Below the pieces are notes generated by a model. That model made no database searches. It was not told the origin of the DNA and saw only the letters and a program-made list of their open reading frames with translations. A DNA stretch of 64,000 nt from an uncultured Planctomycetota bacterium (GTDB lineage: Bacteria > Planctomycetota > Planctomycetia > Isosphaerales > Isosphaeraceae). This document shows positions 18,088 to 27,278 of this stretch, piece by piece. The translations under genes were made by a program, and so were the position numbers. Each line of letters begins with the position of its first letter. The first letter of the stretch is position 1. Location: positions 544,001 through 608,000 of the forward strand of contig CAWGMQ010000003.1 of NCBI GenBank assembly GCA_963823665.1. Direction: 5' to 3'.

Positions 18088-20517
18088 CTAACGCTTCTCC
18101 AGCGTCAGTGTTCCCAGATCGACCGGTTTATCGTCCTTGGCCGGCGGCACATGGAAGATATGCTCGAGCAGACGACCAACTGCTCGATCCGCCCGAAAGA
18201 AATCCACCGAGAGCGCATGATCACCCGCCGGGACGTCGTCGATCCGGAACGAGCCGTCGCGGTCGACAGTGGCCGTGAACTGGTAGCTGGCTCCATCCGG
18301 TGACGTGGTTGAGCATCGTACGGTGATGAGCGCGAAATTCCATCGAACTTTTTCCTTGAAACCGTCCGGCGGCCGGAGCTTGCCGACAACTGCTCGGCCG
18401 GTACCGCCAAGATCGATCTGAAAGGTCTTGCCGGCAGGGAATTCTGCCGGAACCGAGGCGGCCGAAGTGACCTCAGTCGCTCCGTCGTCGGCGGTGAGCG
18501 ATAGGCGGCGGCCGATCCAGCCTTTGCCGGGGATGACGCGCTCGAAAACGAACTGTCCGTCGGGCCCGGTGACCGAATTGTATTCAACGGAGAAACGCGG
18601 TTCATTCCGCCCGTGTCCAGTCAAGCGAGACACATCAAGCTGGATCGGCACATTCGGGGCCAGCGCCTTTCCAATCCGGAAGGTCCCGTGCACCCTGGAC
18701 CAGGGTTCCAGATGGATGATCCGCGTCAGATCCCACTCAGGGGTCGACTTGATGTACGCAAAGCCCGACGGATGGGTGATGATGAGCTGGAAGTCCTTAT
18801 CCTGCGCCGGAAAATGAAAGCGGCCGGATGCGTCGGTGTCTTCTCGAGCACTGTAGACGGGGGGATCTGCGATGTCGCCGTTCTTGATATTGATCTGGGA
18901 AGCGGCCACTGCGAGCGCCACCTTGGCCCCTACCGCGGGGCGGTTTGCCGGGGTGAAAACCCGGGCGGCGACGTTCTTTCCTTCAGTCAGCTCGAAATCA
19001 ATCGACACACGACCTTCGTCGCTCTTGATCGCACGCGAGCTGGATGGCCGATAGCCGTCGGCTTCGATCCGGATGACATTGAAATCCGCACGCGTGCGGC
19101 GAATGGTGTACCGGCCATCGGAGGCCAAGTGGTTCTCATTTCTGGCGTAGTGCATCTCCTGATCAGCCGCCTGGAAGCCTGGTACGACCCGGAATTTCTT
19201 GATCGGGTTCTTCGTCACTGCGTCGACGACCTTGCCCGAAACGACGAGAGCCGGAGATGTCCGAAAGACGTATTCCTCGGCTCGGGCGATGAGCGGTTGT
19301 GCTTCAAGCTCCATTCCGTCAGGAGGACAGATATCCGCGCTGAACTCATCGAGTGGTGCTTCGTTCCAGACCCACTCGCCCTTCTCGTTGGCATATTGAC
19401 TGACATGATTGAATTCGAAGTACTCGAACTGCCCCCGCCATCGCTGGAAGAAGATCCGCGCCTTGGGAACGGGATTACCCTTTACGTCGACCACCCGGAT
19501 GCGGACCGTGCCGCCGCGCTTCAGCTTGAAGTCGACCGGTCCCATCCCGGGCTCGATGGTCAGCTCCTTCATATCCGTTGCCCGGCCCGTTGCGGAAACC
19601 ACGATTCGGGTCGCTCGCGGCTCGCAGCCGGCGAGCTGGTAAATCCCGTCGGCGCCCGTCTTCGCTTCGCGGATGTCGTTGACAAACTTGGTGCGGACGA
19701 GTGCCCCGACGATCGGTTTTCCCGAATCATCTGTGACCCTGCCGGTGACCGCCAAACCGCGATCCAGAACGATTCTGGCCTCGGGTTCCCGGCCGCGCTT
19801 GATACCGAACTCGCCGGGCCCCAGCGCTCGGCTAGCCGATTTGAAGTGCGGATGATCGATCCCGACGTAGACTTCGGACATCGAGACCGGCACGCTGTCG
19901 AACCGCCACTTCCCGGCTGCGTCGGTCTTCACACGCGCACCGATTGCCAGTTGGCGAAGATCGCCGGAACGCTTCTTGAATTCGATGCTGGGAGTGACCG
20001 TCACGCCTTCAACCGGTTTTCCTTCGGGATCGACAATGATCCCCCCGACCGACCAGCCCGCCTCGAGCGTGGCGGTAAACGTCGAAGGAATGACTTCATC
20101 ATGGGTTTCCGACGACCAGCTCGCCCAGTACGGTCCGTAACCGGGAGTCGTGATATCGACATCGAGACTCGTCGGCATCTGTGGGAGATCGATGACAAGT
20201 CGCCCTTCGCCATCAGCCATCAGGAACGCGCCGTAGGATCCCTTCCTCAGGAACTTGCCGTGGCGGATCTGCTCGGCCGTCGGAACGGGATTCGTACGAA
20301 CGTGGACGAGGGCCTCCGCGATCGGTTTCCCGTCCGGGCCGACAACGCGAAGCTCGAATCCCGACTCGTTCTTGCCGGGCGCCGCGGCGGGCGTCGCCTG
20401 CGCGCCCTGCTGGCCCGGGACCGCTGCTTCGCCGGCGCGCACGTGAGGAACCGAGATGATGGCGAGCAGAATCAATCCGGGAAGCGACCATGCACGAGGC
20501 GCATTACGAATCCCCAT
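18088..20517 (-). CDS. Secreted multi carboxypeptidase-regulatory-like domain protein
   Basis: 809 aa with signal peptide and GGAGAG RBS; repeated G.VVD..GKPV.GA.V...TD..G.F beta-sandwich units. Confidence 0.85.
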   Translation of the reverse strand: MGIRNAPRAWSLPGLILLAIISVPHVRAGEAAVPGQQGAQATPAAAPGKNESGFELRVVGPDGKPIAEALVHVRTNPVPTAEQIRHGKFLRKGSYGAFLMADGEGRLVIDLPQMPTSLDVDITTPGYGPYWASWSSETHDEVIPSTFTATLEAGWSVGGIIVDPEGKPVEGVTVTPSIEFKKRSGDLRQLAIGARVKTDAAGKWRFDSVPVSMSEVYVGIDHPHFKSASRALGPGEFGIKRGREPEARIVLDRGLAVTGRVTDDSGKPIVGALVRTKFVNDIREAKTGADGIYQLAGCEPRATRIVVSATGRATDMKELTIEPGMGPVDFKLKRGGTVRIRVVDVKGNPVPKARIFFQRWRGQFEYFEFNHVSQYANEKGEWVWNEAPLDEFSADICPPDGMELEAQPLIARAEEYVFRTSPALVVSGKVVDAVTKNPIKKFRVVPGFQAADQEMHYARNENHLASDGRYTIRRTRADFNVIRIEADGYRPSSSRAIKSDEGRVSIDFELTEGKNVAARVFTPANRPAVGAKVALAVAASQINIKNGDIADPPVYSAREDTDASGRFHFPAQDKDFQLIITHPSGFAYIKSTPEWDLTRIIHLEPWSRVHGTFRIGKALAPNVPIQLDVSRLTGHGRNEPRFSVEYNSVTGPDGQFVFERVIPGKGWIGRRLSLTADDGATEVTSAASVPAEFPAGKTFQIDLGGTGRAVVGKLRPPDGFKEKVRWNFALITVRCSTTSPDGASYQFTATVDRDGSFRIDDVPAGDHALSVDFFRADRAVGRLLEHIFHVPPAKDDKPVDLGTLTLEKR

Positions 20518-20864
20518 CTTCTCCTCCAGTTGCCGCGGATTCCTCGGTTCAACGATTTTCCCTGAAGTCGATCGGCCTCTGGAGCGAATCGAGGTCGCGT
20601 TCGCTCAGCGATGCTCGTCCGGCCGCGCGAGCCAGTAATGGGCCTTCCCTTTTGTCGGCTTGGTATTGGTGAGCGTGGCCGTGCTGTCTGAAGTAACCGG
20701 TGATCGATCAACTGCCATATTGTAATGCGCATCCCGCTACGGCTGTAAGATCTCACTTTCGAGCCAGCTTCGCTCCTGCTATGGTGAACGCATCCCGACT
20801 TGAGATTGGATTGCCGGGGCACTGATTATTTCAATGTTATGTTCGTCGAGAGGACAGTTGACCG

Positions 20865-22445
20865 ATGAGATTGATCCAGATCGCGAGCCCAAGGGCACCG
20901 AGTTTGGCACTGGCAGTCAGAGCGGGGTTATTTGGTGCGCTCGCGATCGCCTCGATCGTGCCGGCTCGCGCTGCGCCCCTTCAAGCGGAACCAGCGCAAA
21001 AGCCGGCCGAGAAGCCCGCAGCAAAACCCGCGGACGCTTCTTCCACCGCCTCCCCGGCCGCGAACAAACCGGCGACAGCCAAGGTCGAGAAGGGGCTGTT
21101 CAAGATCGAGGTCGTCTTGAGTGCGGTCTTCGAGGCCCAGCGAACGACCGAGGTCTCGATCAGGCCGAAGGCGTGGGCCAACCCGCTGCTGGTCGAGCGC
21201 GCCATCGAGCTGGGCAGGCCCGTCAAGCAAGGAGACATCCTGGTCGAGTTCGTCCGCGACAAGATCGACACGCTTGTCGAGGACACGGCCGTCGAGAACA
21301 CGATCGCCGAGCTGGCACTCAAGCAGGCTGACGAAGAGCTTCCCCTGCTCGAGAAGGCCTTGCCCATCGACCTGGCCGCCGCGGCGCGGGCCAAGACCCA
21401 GGCTGATGAAGACTTGAAGAGGTTTTTCGATATCGACAAACCTGAAGCCGAACGGACCGCCAATTTTAATGTCAAGTCGTCGCGCGAATACCTGGACTAC
21501 ACCAGGGAGGAGCTGCGCCAGCTTGAGAAAATGTACCGCTCCAAGGATTTGACCGAGGAGACCGAGGAGATCATCCTCCGCCGCCAGCGGTTCCAGGTTG
21601 AGTCCCGAGAGCAATATGTCAAGCAAGCGGAGCTTCAGCGCGACCAGAAGCTGAAGATCGACCTGCCACGGCAAGAAGAGCGCGTCCGTGAAAACGCCGC
21701 CAAGCAGGCGATCGAGCTGGAGAAGGCCCGGTCGCTCTCGCCGCTCACCCTCGGTCAGAAACGGCTGAGCGCCGCCAAGCTGAAGCACGATCTGGCCAGG
21801 TCGGCCGCGAAGCTCGCTGACCTGCGCAAGGACCGAGAGGCGATGATGGTTCACTCGCCGGCCGACGGCCTGGTCTACTACGGGCGCTGTGACCGCGGCA
21901 ACTGGCCGGGGGCCGGCGCGATGGCCCAGAAGCTCCAGAAAGGCGGAATCATCGCGGCCGACGAGGTTTTCATCACCGTCGTCGCCGTTCGGCCCATCGA
22001 CGTCCGCGCGACGGTTGACGAGAAGGATCTGCTCGCCTTGACTGAGCCTGGAATGCTCAGGGGCCTTGTCACGCCCACGGTCGATCCCGGACACCGGCTG
22101 GCGGTTCGGCTGACGAGCGTCCTGCCGGTTCCGCGCGAGCCCGGCAAGTTCGACGCCGTCTTCGCGCTCGATATCGGCGAGTCCCAGCCGGTCATCAAGC
22201 CGGGGATGGCCTGCTCGGTGAAGCTGGTTCCGTATCGCAAGGACAACGCACTCATGGTGCCGGCCGGTGCCGTTTTTGAGGACGATTGGCCGGGCGCGCT
22301 CACGTATTACGTGTATCTCGCCAGGCCGGACAAGGATGGCAAGTACCCGAGGCGACCGGTCAAAGTCGGCAAGTCTGCCGGCGGCAAGACCGAGATCGTC
22401 GATGGCCTTGCCGAGGGGGATGAAATCTTGACGGGCAAGCCGTGA
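20865..22445 (+). CDS. HlyD/efflux periplasmic-adaptor (membrane fusion)-like protein
   Basis: Signal peptide, lipoyl halves (G.PVKQGDILVEF; VHSPADGLVYY), long coiled coil, and C-terminal ALMVPAGAV...RPVKVG...TEIVDGLAEGDEI. Confidence 0.8.
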   Translation: MRLIQIASPRAPSLALAVRAGLFGALAIASIVPARAAPLQAEPAQKPAEKPAAKPADASSTASPAANKPATAKVEKGLFKIEVVLSAVFEAQRTTEVSIRPKAWANPLLVERAIELGRPVKQGDILVEFVRDKIDTLVEDTAVENTIAELALKQADEELPLLEKALPIDLAAAARAKTQADEDLKRFFDIDKPEAERTANFNVKSSREYLDYTREELRQLEKMYRSKDLTEETEEIILRRQRFQVESREQYVKQAELQRDQKLKIDLPRQEERVRENAAKQAIELEKARSLSPLTLGQKRLSAAKLKHDLARSAAKLADLRKDREAMMVHSPADGLVYYGRCDRGNWPGAGAMAQKLQKGGIIAADEVFITVVAVRPIDVRATVDEKDLLALTEPGMLRGLVTPTVDPGHRLAVRLTSVLPVPREPGKFDAVFALDIGESQPVIKPGMACSVKLVPYRKDNALMVPAGAVFEDDWPGALTYYVYLARPDKDGKYPRRPVKVGKSAGGKTEIVDGLAEGDEILTGKP

Positions 22446-22504
22446 GATCAGCCGTCGCGAAATCGAGGGTGCGTTTGGATTCCGAGGGCACAGGGAGAGC
22501 TCGC

Positions 22505-23809
22505 ATGGTCCGTGCATCGATCTGGCAGATTGCCGCGCTCGCCTTCTTCGGGCTGTGCCTCACGATTGCGGTGAGTGTGGCCGAGGCGAACGAACCGCGG
22601 AGCCTCCCATCGGCTTCGGCACCCCGCCCTGCCCAGGATGGGGCGAAGCAAGAGGCGGGCGGGAGTTCGGCGCAGAAACCCGACCTGCACCCTAAACCCC
22701 CGGAGCCTGTACCCGACGGGGAGATCACCGCGGCGATCGCGCGCGGGGTGGCCTTCTTGCTCAAGGACCAGAACGTCGACGGTTCGTGGGGCTCGCCCGA
22801 ACGGACCAAGAACTTGAACATCATCGCCGGCATTGGCTCGCATCACGCCTTTCGCACGGCCGTGACTTCGCTCTGCGTCTCGGCGCTGATCGAGGTGAGC
22901 GCAGCCGGGAGCTCGCCGGCCGACGCGGCAGCGGTCCGGGGTGCGATTGAACGGGGCGAAGAATATCTGTTCCGCGAGCTCCCGCTGGTGCGACGAGATG
23001 ATCCCATGCTGATTTATAACATCTGGGCCCACGCCTATGGCATTCAGGCGCTCGTGCGGATGCACGGGCGCTTGCCGCAAGACACGGCCCGGCGAGCTCG
23101 GATTGCGGAGTTGATCCGCGGCCAGTTTGACCGCCTGACCCGCTACGAAGCCGCCGAAGGGGGCTGGGGCTACTACGATTTCGGCGCCGGAACCCAGCGG
23201 CCCAACAGCGAGTCGTGCAGCTTTGTAAACGCCACCGTTCTCGTGGCATTTCACGAGGCGAAGCAAATCGGCGTGTCGCCTCCGGAAAAACTGGTCCGGC
23301 GCGGCGCCCTGGGAATCATCCAGCAGCGCAACCCGGACTTCAGCTACCTATACGGCCTGTATCTGCGTTACACCCCCGTGATGGGGATCAATCGTCCCGG
23401 CGGGAGCCTCGGCCGGTCGCAGGCCTGTAACGTGGCGATGCGGCTCTGGGGCGACGCCAAGACAACCGATGCCGTGCTCACCGACTGGCTCGATCGCCTG
23501 ATCGTGCGCAACGGCTGGCTCGACATGGGCCGCAAGCGGCCAATTCCCCATGAGTCGCATTTCATGGTAGCGGGCTATTTCTACTACTACGGTCATTACT
23601 ACGCGACGCGCTGCGTCGAGCAGTTGGCCACGCCGGAGCGTCCGTTCTACCAGGACCACCTGGCCCGGATCCTTTTGAGTCATCAGGAGCGCGACGGCTC
23701 GTGGTGGGACTATCCCCTCTACAATTACCACCAGCAGTACGGCACGGCCTTCGTGCTCATGTCACTCGAACGCTGCCGCAAGCAGACGCCGGCTCAAGGC
23801 TTTCGATGA
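22505..23809 (+). CDS. Exported prenyltransferase/squalene oxidase repeat (alpha/alpha toroid) protein
   Basis: Signal peptide; AIARGVAFLLKDQNVDGSWG, GGWGY, QERDGSWWD and YGTAFVLMSL repeats. An alternative GTG start at 22442 overlaps the upstream stop. Confidence 0.75.
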   Translation: MVRASIWQIAALAFFGLCLTIAVSVAEANEPRSLPSASAPRPAQDGAKQEAGGSSAQKPDLHPKPPEPVPDGEITAAIARGVAFLLKDQNVDGSWGSPERTKNLNIIAGIGSHHAFRTAVTSLCVSALIEVSAAGSSPADAAAVRGAIERGEEYLFRELPLVRRDDPMLIYNIWAHAYGIQALVRMHGRLPQDTARRARIAELIRGQFDRLTRYEAAEGGWGYYDFGAGTQRPNSESCSFVNATVLVAFHEAKQIGVSPPEKLVRRGALGIIQQRNPDFSYLYGLYLRYTPVMGINRPGGSLGRSQACNVAMRLWGDAKTTDAVLTDWLDRLIVRNGWLDMGRKRPIPHESHFMVAGYFYYYGHYYATRCVEQLATPERPFYQDHLARILLSHQERDGSWWDYPLYNYHQQYGTAFVLMSLERCRKQTPAQGFR

Positions 23810-23840
23810 CAGTACAGACATCGACTCGGCGCAATGCATC

Positions 23841-24668
23841 ATGACGTTCAAGAACGCCACGCGTGACCCCCGCCATCTGCCTCTGCTCAACCACCCCCTG
23901 GAGGCACCGACGATATTTCGCCCCGAGGAACTCGTCCAGGCCGTTCGGGATCAGCGGGTGCCGGACGCGACAGGCATACCCGACATCTGCGTTCTGGACT
24001 TCGACGGCGATCTTACCGACGCGCTGGTGCGTGCACACGAAGCGCGGGCGTGTGACGCGTGGCCCTGCTTTCACACAACGATGTGGACATTGACAATCGA
24101 CGATCAGCGATGCGGGATCATTGCTCGCACGATTGGCGGTCCATACGCCGTGCTCGTGGCCGAGCAGTTGGCAGTTTGCGGTGTCCGCATCATCGTTGGA
24201 CTGACTTCGGCAGGAAGGATTGGTGTGCGTCTGCCCGTGCCGTGCGTGGTGATCGTCGATCGGGCAATCCGCGATGAGGGGACGAGCTACCATTACCTTC
24301 CCGCCAGCGAGTCGGTGGCAGCGCCTGCTGGCGTTGCCGATGCGCTGCAAGCCGCGGTGTCAGCCATTGACCTCCCCGTGCAACGCGGGCTGGTCTGGAC
24401 GACGGACGCGCCATATCGAGAGACAGCGGAGCAGATCGACCGCTATGCGCGCATGGGGGTACTGGCTGTCGAGATGCAAGCGGCATCATTGTTCGCCTTC
24501 GCCGCAGCCCGGGGGGTTACTGTCGGTGTGGTTGCCCATGTCACCAACGCTCCGGAAGAGAGCGTCGAACGATTCGACAAAGGCTCACACGAGCTCCAAC
24601 GCGGCCTGCTCATCGCGGTCTGCCGTGGCGCACGTCGCTTCCTTGACCAGTCGGTGGTCACTGGTTGA
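23841..24668 (+). CDS. Nucleoside phosphorylase (PNP/UDP family)
   Basis: IGGPYAVLVAEQL, AIRDEGTSYHYLP, VWTTDAPYRET and GVLAVEMQAASLF. Confidence 0.88.
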   Translation: MTFKNATRDPRHLPLLNHPLEAPTIFRPEELVQAVRDQRVPDATGIPDICVLDFDGDLTDALVRAHEARACDAWPCFHTTMWTLTIDDQRCGIIARTIGGPYAVLVAEQLAVCGVRIIVGLTSAGRIGVRLPVPCVVIVDRAIRDEGTSYHYLPASESVAAPAGVADALQAAVSAIDLPVQRGLVWTTDAPYRETAEQIDRYARMGVLAVEMQAASLFAFAAARGVTVGVVAHVTNAPEESVERFDKGSHELQRGLLIAVCRGARRFLDQSVVTG

Positions 24669-24686
24669 TTGAGATTCTCTGGCGGC

Positions 24687-25778
24687 TCACTTCCGCTTCT
24701 GGGACTTCTTCAACAAGTTCGACAACAACACCGCGTTGTCCGAGCTTGCCGATTTGTCGCGGGCAAGCCAATTCCACCACAGTGACTGCCCGAGAGCGAT
24801 GACCTCGCCCTGCCCCGCTCGCGCCATGGCGACGAACCCGGCTTCGGGGTAACCCGGAGCCGCGACGAGGACCTTCCCGTTCTGCTTGTCCGTGACCTCC
24901 ACGGGAGATGGGCGATGGAAGTACAGTTTCTTCACGCCCTCGGTGAGCACATGATCGGTGACGTCGGCTGCCCGAAGATCGAACTCGTTCTGGCCGCGAG
25001 GCTCGGAGTCGGTCATCCGCAAGCCATACGGTACGAGCAATTCGTTGGCCTTCCCGACGGTCCCGACGAAAAATGCGTTCGCCGCCAGGATCGTCCGGCC
25101 TCCTCGGTCCAAGAAGTCTTTCAAGGTTTTGATGTCAGAATCTTGAAGGCCGCAGAGCCCTTCCATGCCCAGGAAGACGACATCAATCTTCGTAAGGTCG
25201 ACCTTGCGCAAGACGGGCATCCCGCGCTGCGAACCGAGGTAATGCACGTCGAAATGACCATCCCTCACCAGATCCAGCCAGGAGTCGAAATCGGTCGCAT
25301 CGCTGGTAGAGAATTTGGAGAATGGCGTTTCCAGGACAAGTACGCGAGTCAGGTTGGGCATCTGTGGTCGCACAGTCGCGCTCACGGGGATGGCGATTCG
25401 CTCTCGACCGATCTCGACGCGCACCTCGCCGGAGTAGTCCCCCGGGCGCTCGGTATCGATTGAGAACGACAGGTCGCAGAAGCCCCGGATGTTGCCCCCA
25501 TAGTCCTGGCTGCCGACCTTGACATCCTCGACTCGCACGAACGCCGGTGGCTCGACCTTGATCGCCAGTCCGCTTGAATTCGCCGTCTCACGGAAGATGC
25601 GCACGCTGCCTTCGACGGTTGCGCCGACTCGGAGCGACCCGAACCTGAGCGCGTTGGGTTGGATTTGAGCTGCGGCCGCTCGTTCAGGCACGAGCGAGAC
25701 GGATATCACACCGCTCGCGAGGACGGCGAGTAACGTCCGAGAAATCCGCTGCCGTTCCGATTCTCTGTAATGGATCAT
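24687..25778 (-). CDS. Exported protein with an N-terminal Ig-like domain and a C-terminal class-I glutamine-amidotransferase-like (DUF4350/GldG-like) domain
   Basis: GGAGGG RBS, signal peptide, L..SDIKTLKDFLDRGGRTIL, NELLVPYGL, GQGEVIALG and DNAVLLSNLL. Confidence 0.65.
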   Translation of the reverse strand: MIHYRESERQRISRTLLAVLASGVISVSLVPERAAAAQIQPNALRFGSLRVGATVEGSVRIFRETANSSGLAIKVEPPAFVRVEDVKVGSQDYGGNIRGFCDLSFSIDTERPGDYSGEVRVEIGRERIAIPVSATVRPQMPNLTRVLVLETPFSKFSTSDATDFDSWLDLVRDGHFDVHYLGSQRGMPVLRKVDLTKIDVVFLGMEGLCGLQDSDIKTLKDFLDRGGRTILAANAFFVGTVGKANELLVPYGLRMTDSEPRGQNEFDLRAADVTDHVLTEGVKKLYFHRPSPVEVTDKQNGKVLVAAPGYPEAGFVAMARAGQGEVIALGQSLWWNWLARDKSASSDNAVLLSNLLKKSQKRK

Positions 25779-25917
25779 GGTTGCCCTCCAGGTCACAGAT
25801 TGTATCCAAAAAATGCCGCGCCTGCCGTTTGGATTGACCACCGCCCGCATCGGCACTTCGGATACAATCCTGTTCGTGATTCTGCGTCGACCTCGTCCGG
25901 TGCGAAGGGGCCAATTC

Positions 25918-26160
25918 ATGCAGCCGACTAAGTGCACTGCCTGCGGCGGGACTGACTTCCATCATGACGAGTTCCGAACTGGATTGGCGGCGTTTCCACG
26001 CACGTTCCTCAACCTTTTCTTCCGGAGCGTCCTCGCCAAGTGCTCAGTCTGCCTGACGTGCGGCTTCGTCGCCGTCTATGTCGATGATGCCACACTCGAA
26101 AAGGTCCGTGCTCGTAAGGTTGGGAGGGAAACCGTTGACTTTCCACAGGTCAAACCATAA
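25918..26160 (+). CDS. Small zinc-ribbon protein (80 aa)
   Basis: MQPTKCTACGG...VCLTCGFVAVY gives two CxxC pairs. Confidence 0.7.
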   Translation: MQPTKCTACGGTDFHHDEFRTGLAAFPRTFLNLFFRSVLAKCSVCLTCGFVAVYVDDATLEKVRARKVGRETVDFPQVKP

Positions 26161-26223
26161 AAAGATGGTGGCACTCTGTTCATGACGGCCCCTCTCTAGG
26201 CATGGGCCGGAAGGTGATCTCCA

Positions 26224-26772
26224 ATGAATTTTCCGTTGCGAGTGTTGAAGACCATTCAGGCCATAGGCGTTCTGCTCCGCTACGACGGGGTGAAACGAAT
26301 GAACTACATGCGGCTCCTGAAACTGCTGTATATCACAGACCGTGAGAGCCTGAAGGAGACGGGGCGGCCGGTCACAGGAGGAGCGGTGATCGCCATGGAG
26401 CGCGGCCCGGTCCTCAAAGAGGTGTACGAGCTCATTCTGGGCCAACATCGAGAAATGTCCCTCTGGTCACAGTTCTACCGCAAGGAACGCTATGACTTGC
26501 TCGAACTGGCGGAACCAGACGTGGGGCAACTCTCCAAGTACGAGATCGGCAAACTTCAGGAAGTGGCCAAAACCTACCAAGAAGATGATGAGTGGGCTTT
26601 GGTTGACATCACTCACAAGTTCCCCGAGTGGAATCAGAATAACCCGGGGAAGTCCTCGAAGCCGATCCCGCTGTCAAGCATCCTGCAAGCAATCGGGCAA
26701 GCTGATGCCATCGATGACATATCAAAGGAGGCTCAAAGCTTGACGGCCTTCGAGCGGCTGCTGGGAAGGTAG
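26224..26772 (+). CDS. Panacea-domain (DUF4065/SocA/GepA) antitoxin
   Basis: MNYMRLLKLLYITDR...GRPVTG...MERGPV...LVDITHKFPEW signature. Confidence 0.9.
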   Translation: MNFPLRVLKTIQAIGVLLRYDGVKRMNYMRLLKLLYITDRESLKETGRPVTGGAVIAMERGPVLKEVYELILGQHREMSLWSQFYRKERYDLLELAEPDVGQLSKYEIGKLQEVAKTYQEDDEWALVDITHKFPEWNQNNPGKSSKPIPLSSILQAIGQADAIDDISKEAQSLTAFERLLGR

Positions 26773-26778
26773 TCGAGC

Positions 26779-27153
26779 GTGGACGCTGGCACGACATTCT
26801 TGTTGAGCGCCGTCGATATCCATCTGTGGATCATCATTTCTGATCCGACGCTCGACGCTGAAAACGTGCTCATCGTGAATCTGACGACTCTGGCTCCGCG
26901 CAAGGAGCAAACGTGCATCCTGAGGGTCGGAGACCATCCGTGGATCCGTCATGATACGTGCGTCAATTATGGGGACTCACAGTTGACGACCCTCGACAAG
27001 CTCTTGGCTGCCCAACGGGCGAATGCCCTATTGATACAGAGCCCCGCGAGCGCCGACGTGCTGAAAAGGATTCGGGAAGGCGCGATGAACTCGACCAAGA
27101 TGCCGCTCGATCACGCCGACGTTCTGATCAGCCAGGGATTGGTGCAGCCATAG
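26779..27153 (+). CDS. Putative toxin partner of Panacea, possibly PemK/MazF-like fold
   Basis: Starts 6 bp after the antitoxin stop. HLWIIISD...VLIVNLTT...CILRVGDHPWIRHDTCVNY follows the strand order of PemK-like proteins; the fold is inferred. Confidence 0.6.
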   Translation: MDAGTTFLLSAVDIHLWIIISDPTLDAENVLIVNLTTLAPRKEQTCILRVGDHPWIRHDTCVNYGDSQLTTLDKLLAAQRANALLIQSPASADVLKRIREGAMNSTKMPLDHADVLISQGLVQP

Positions 27154-27278
27154 TATGGTGCCCCTAGAAGCGGCGCGTCCAGAAAATCAACGATGGCCCC
27201 GAGAACGCAGGCTTGACGCTGCGATCTCAGGGCCATGGTCACTGCTCACCGCAGCAGAAAGCTTGGGCGTTCTCGCGA

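Noticed and set aside
18613..22517. Long ORFs 18613-20565 (+) and 20928-22517 (-)
   Set aside because: Antisense shadows of the carboxypeptidase-regulatory and adaptor genes.
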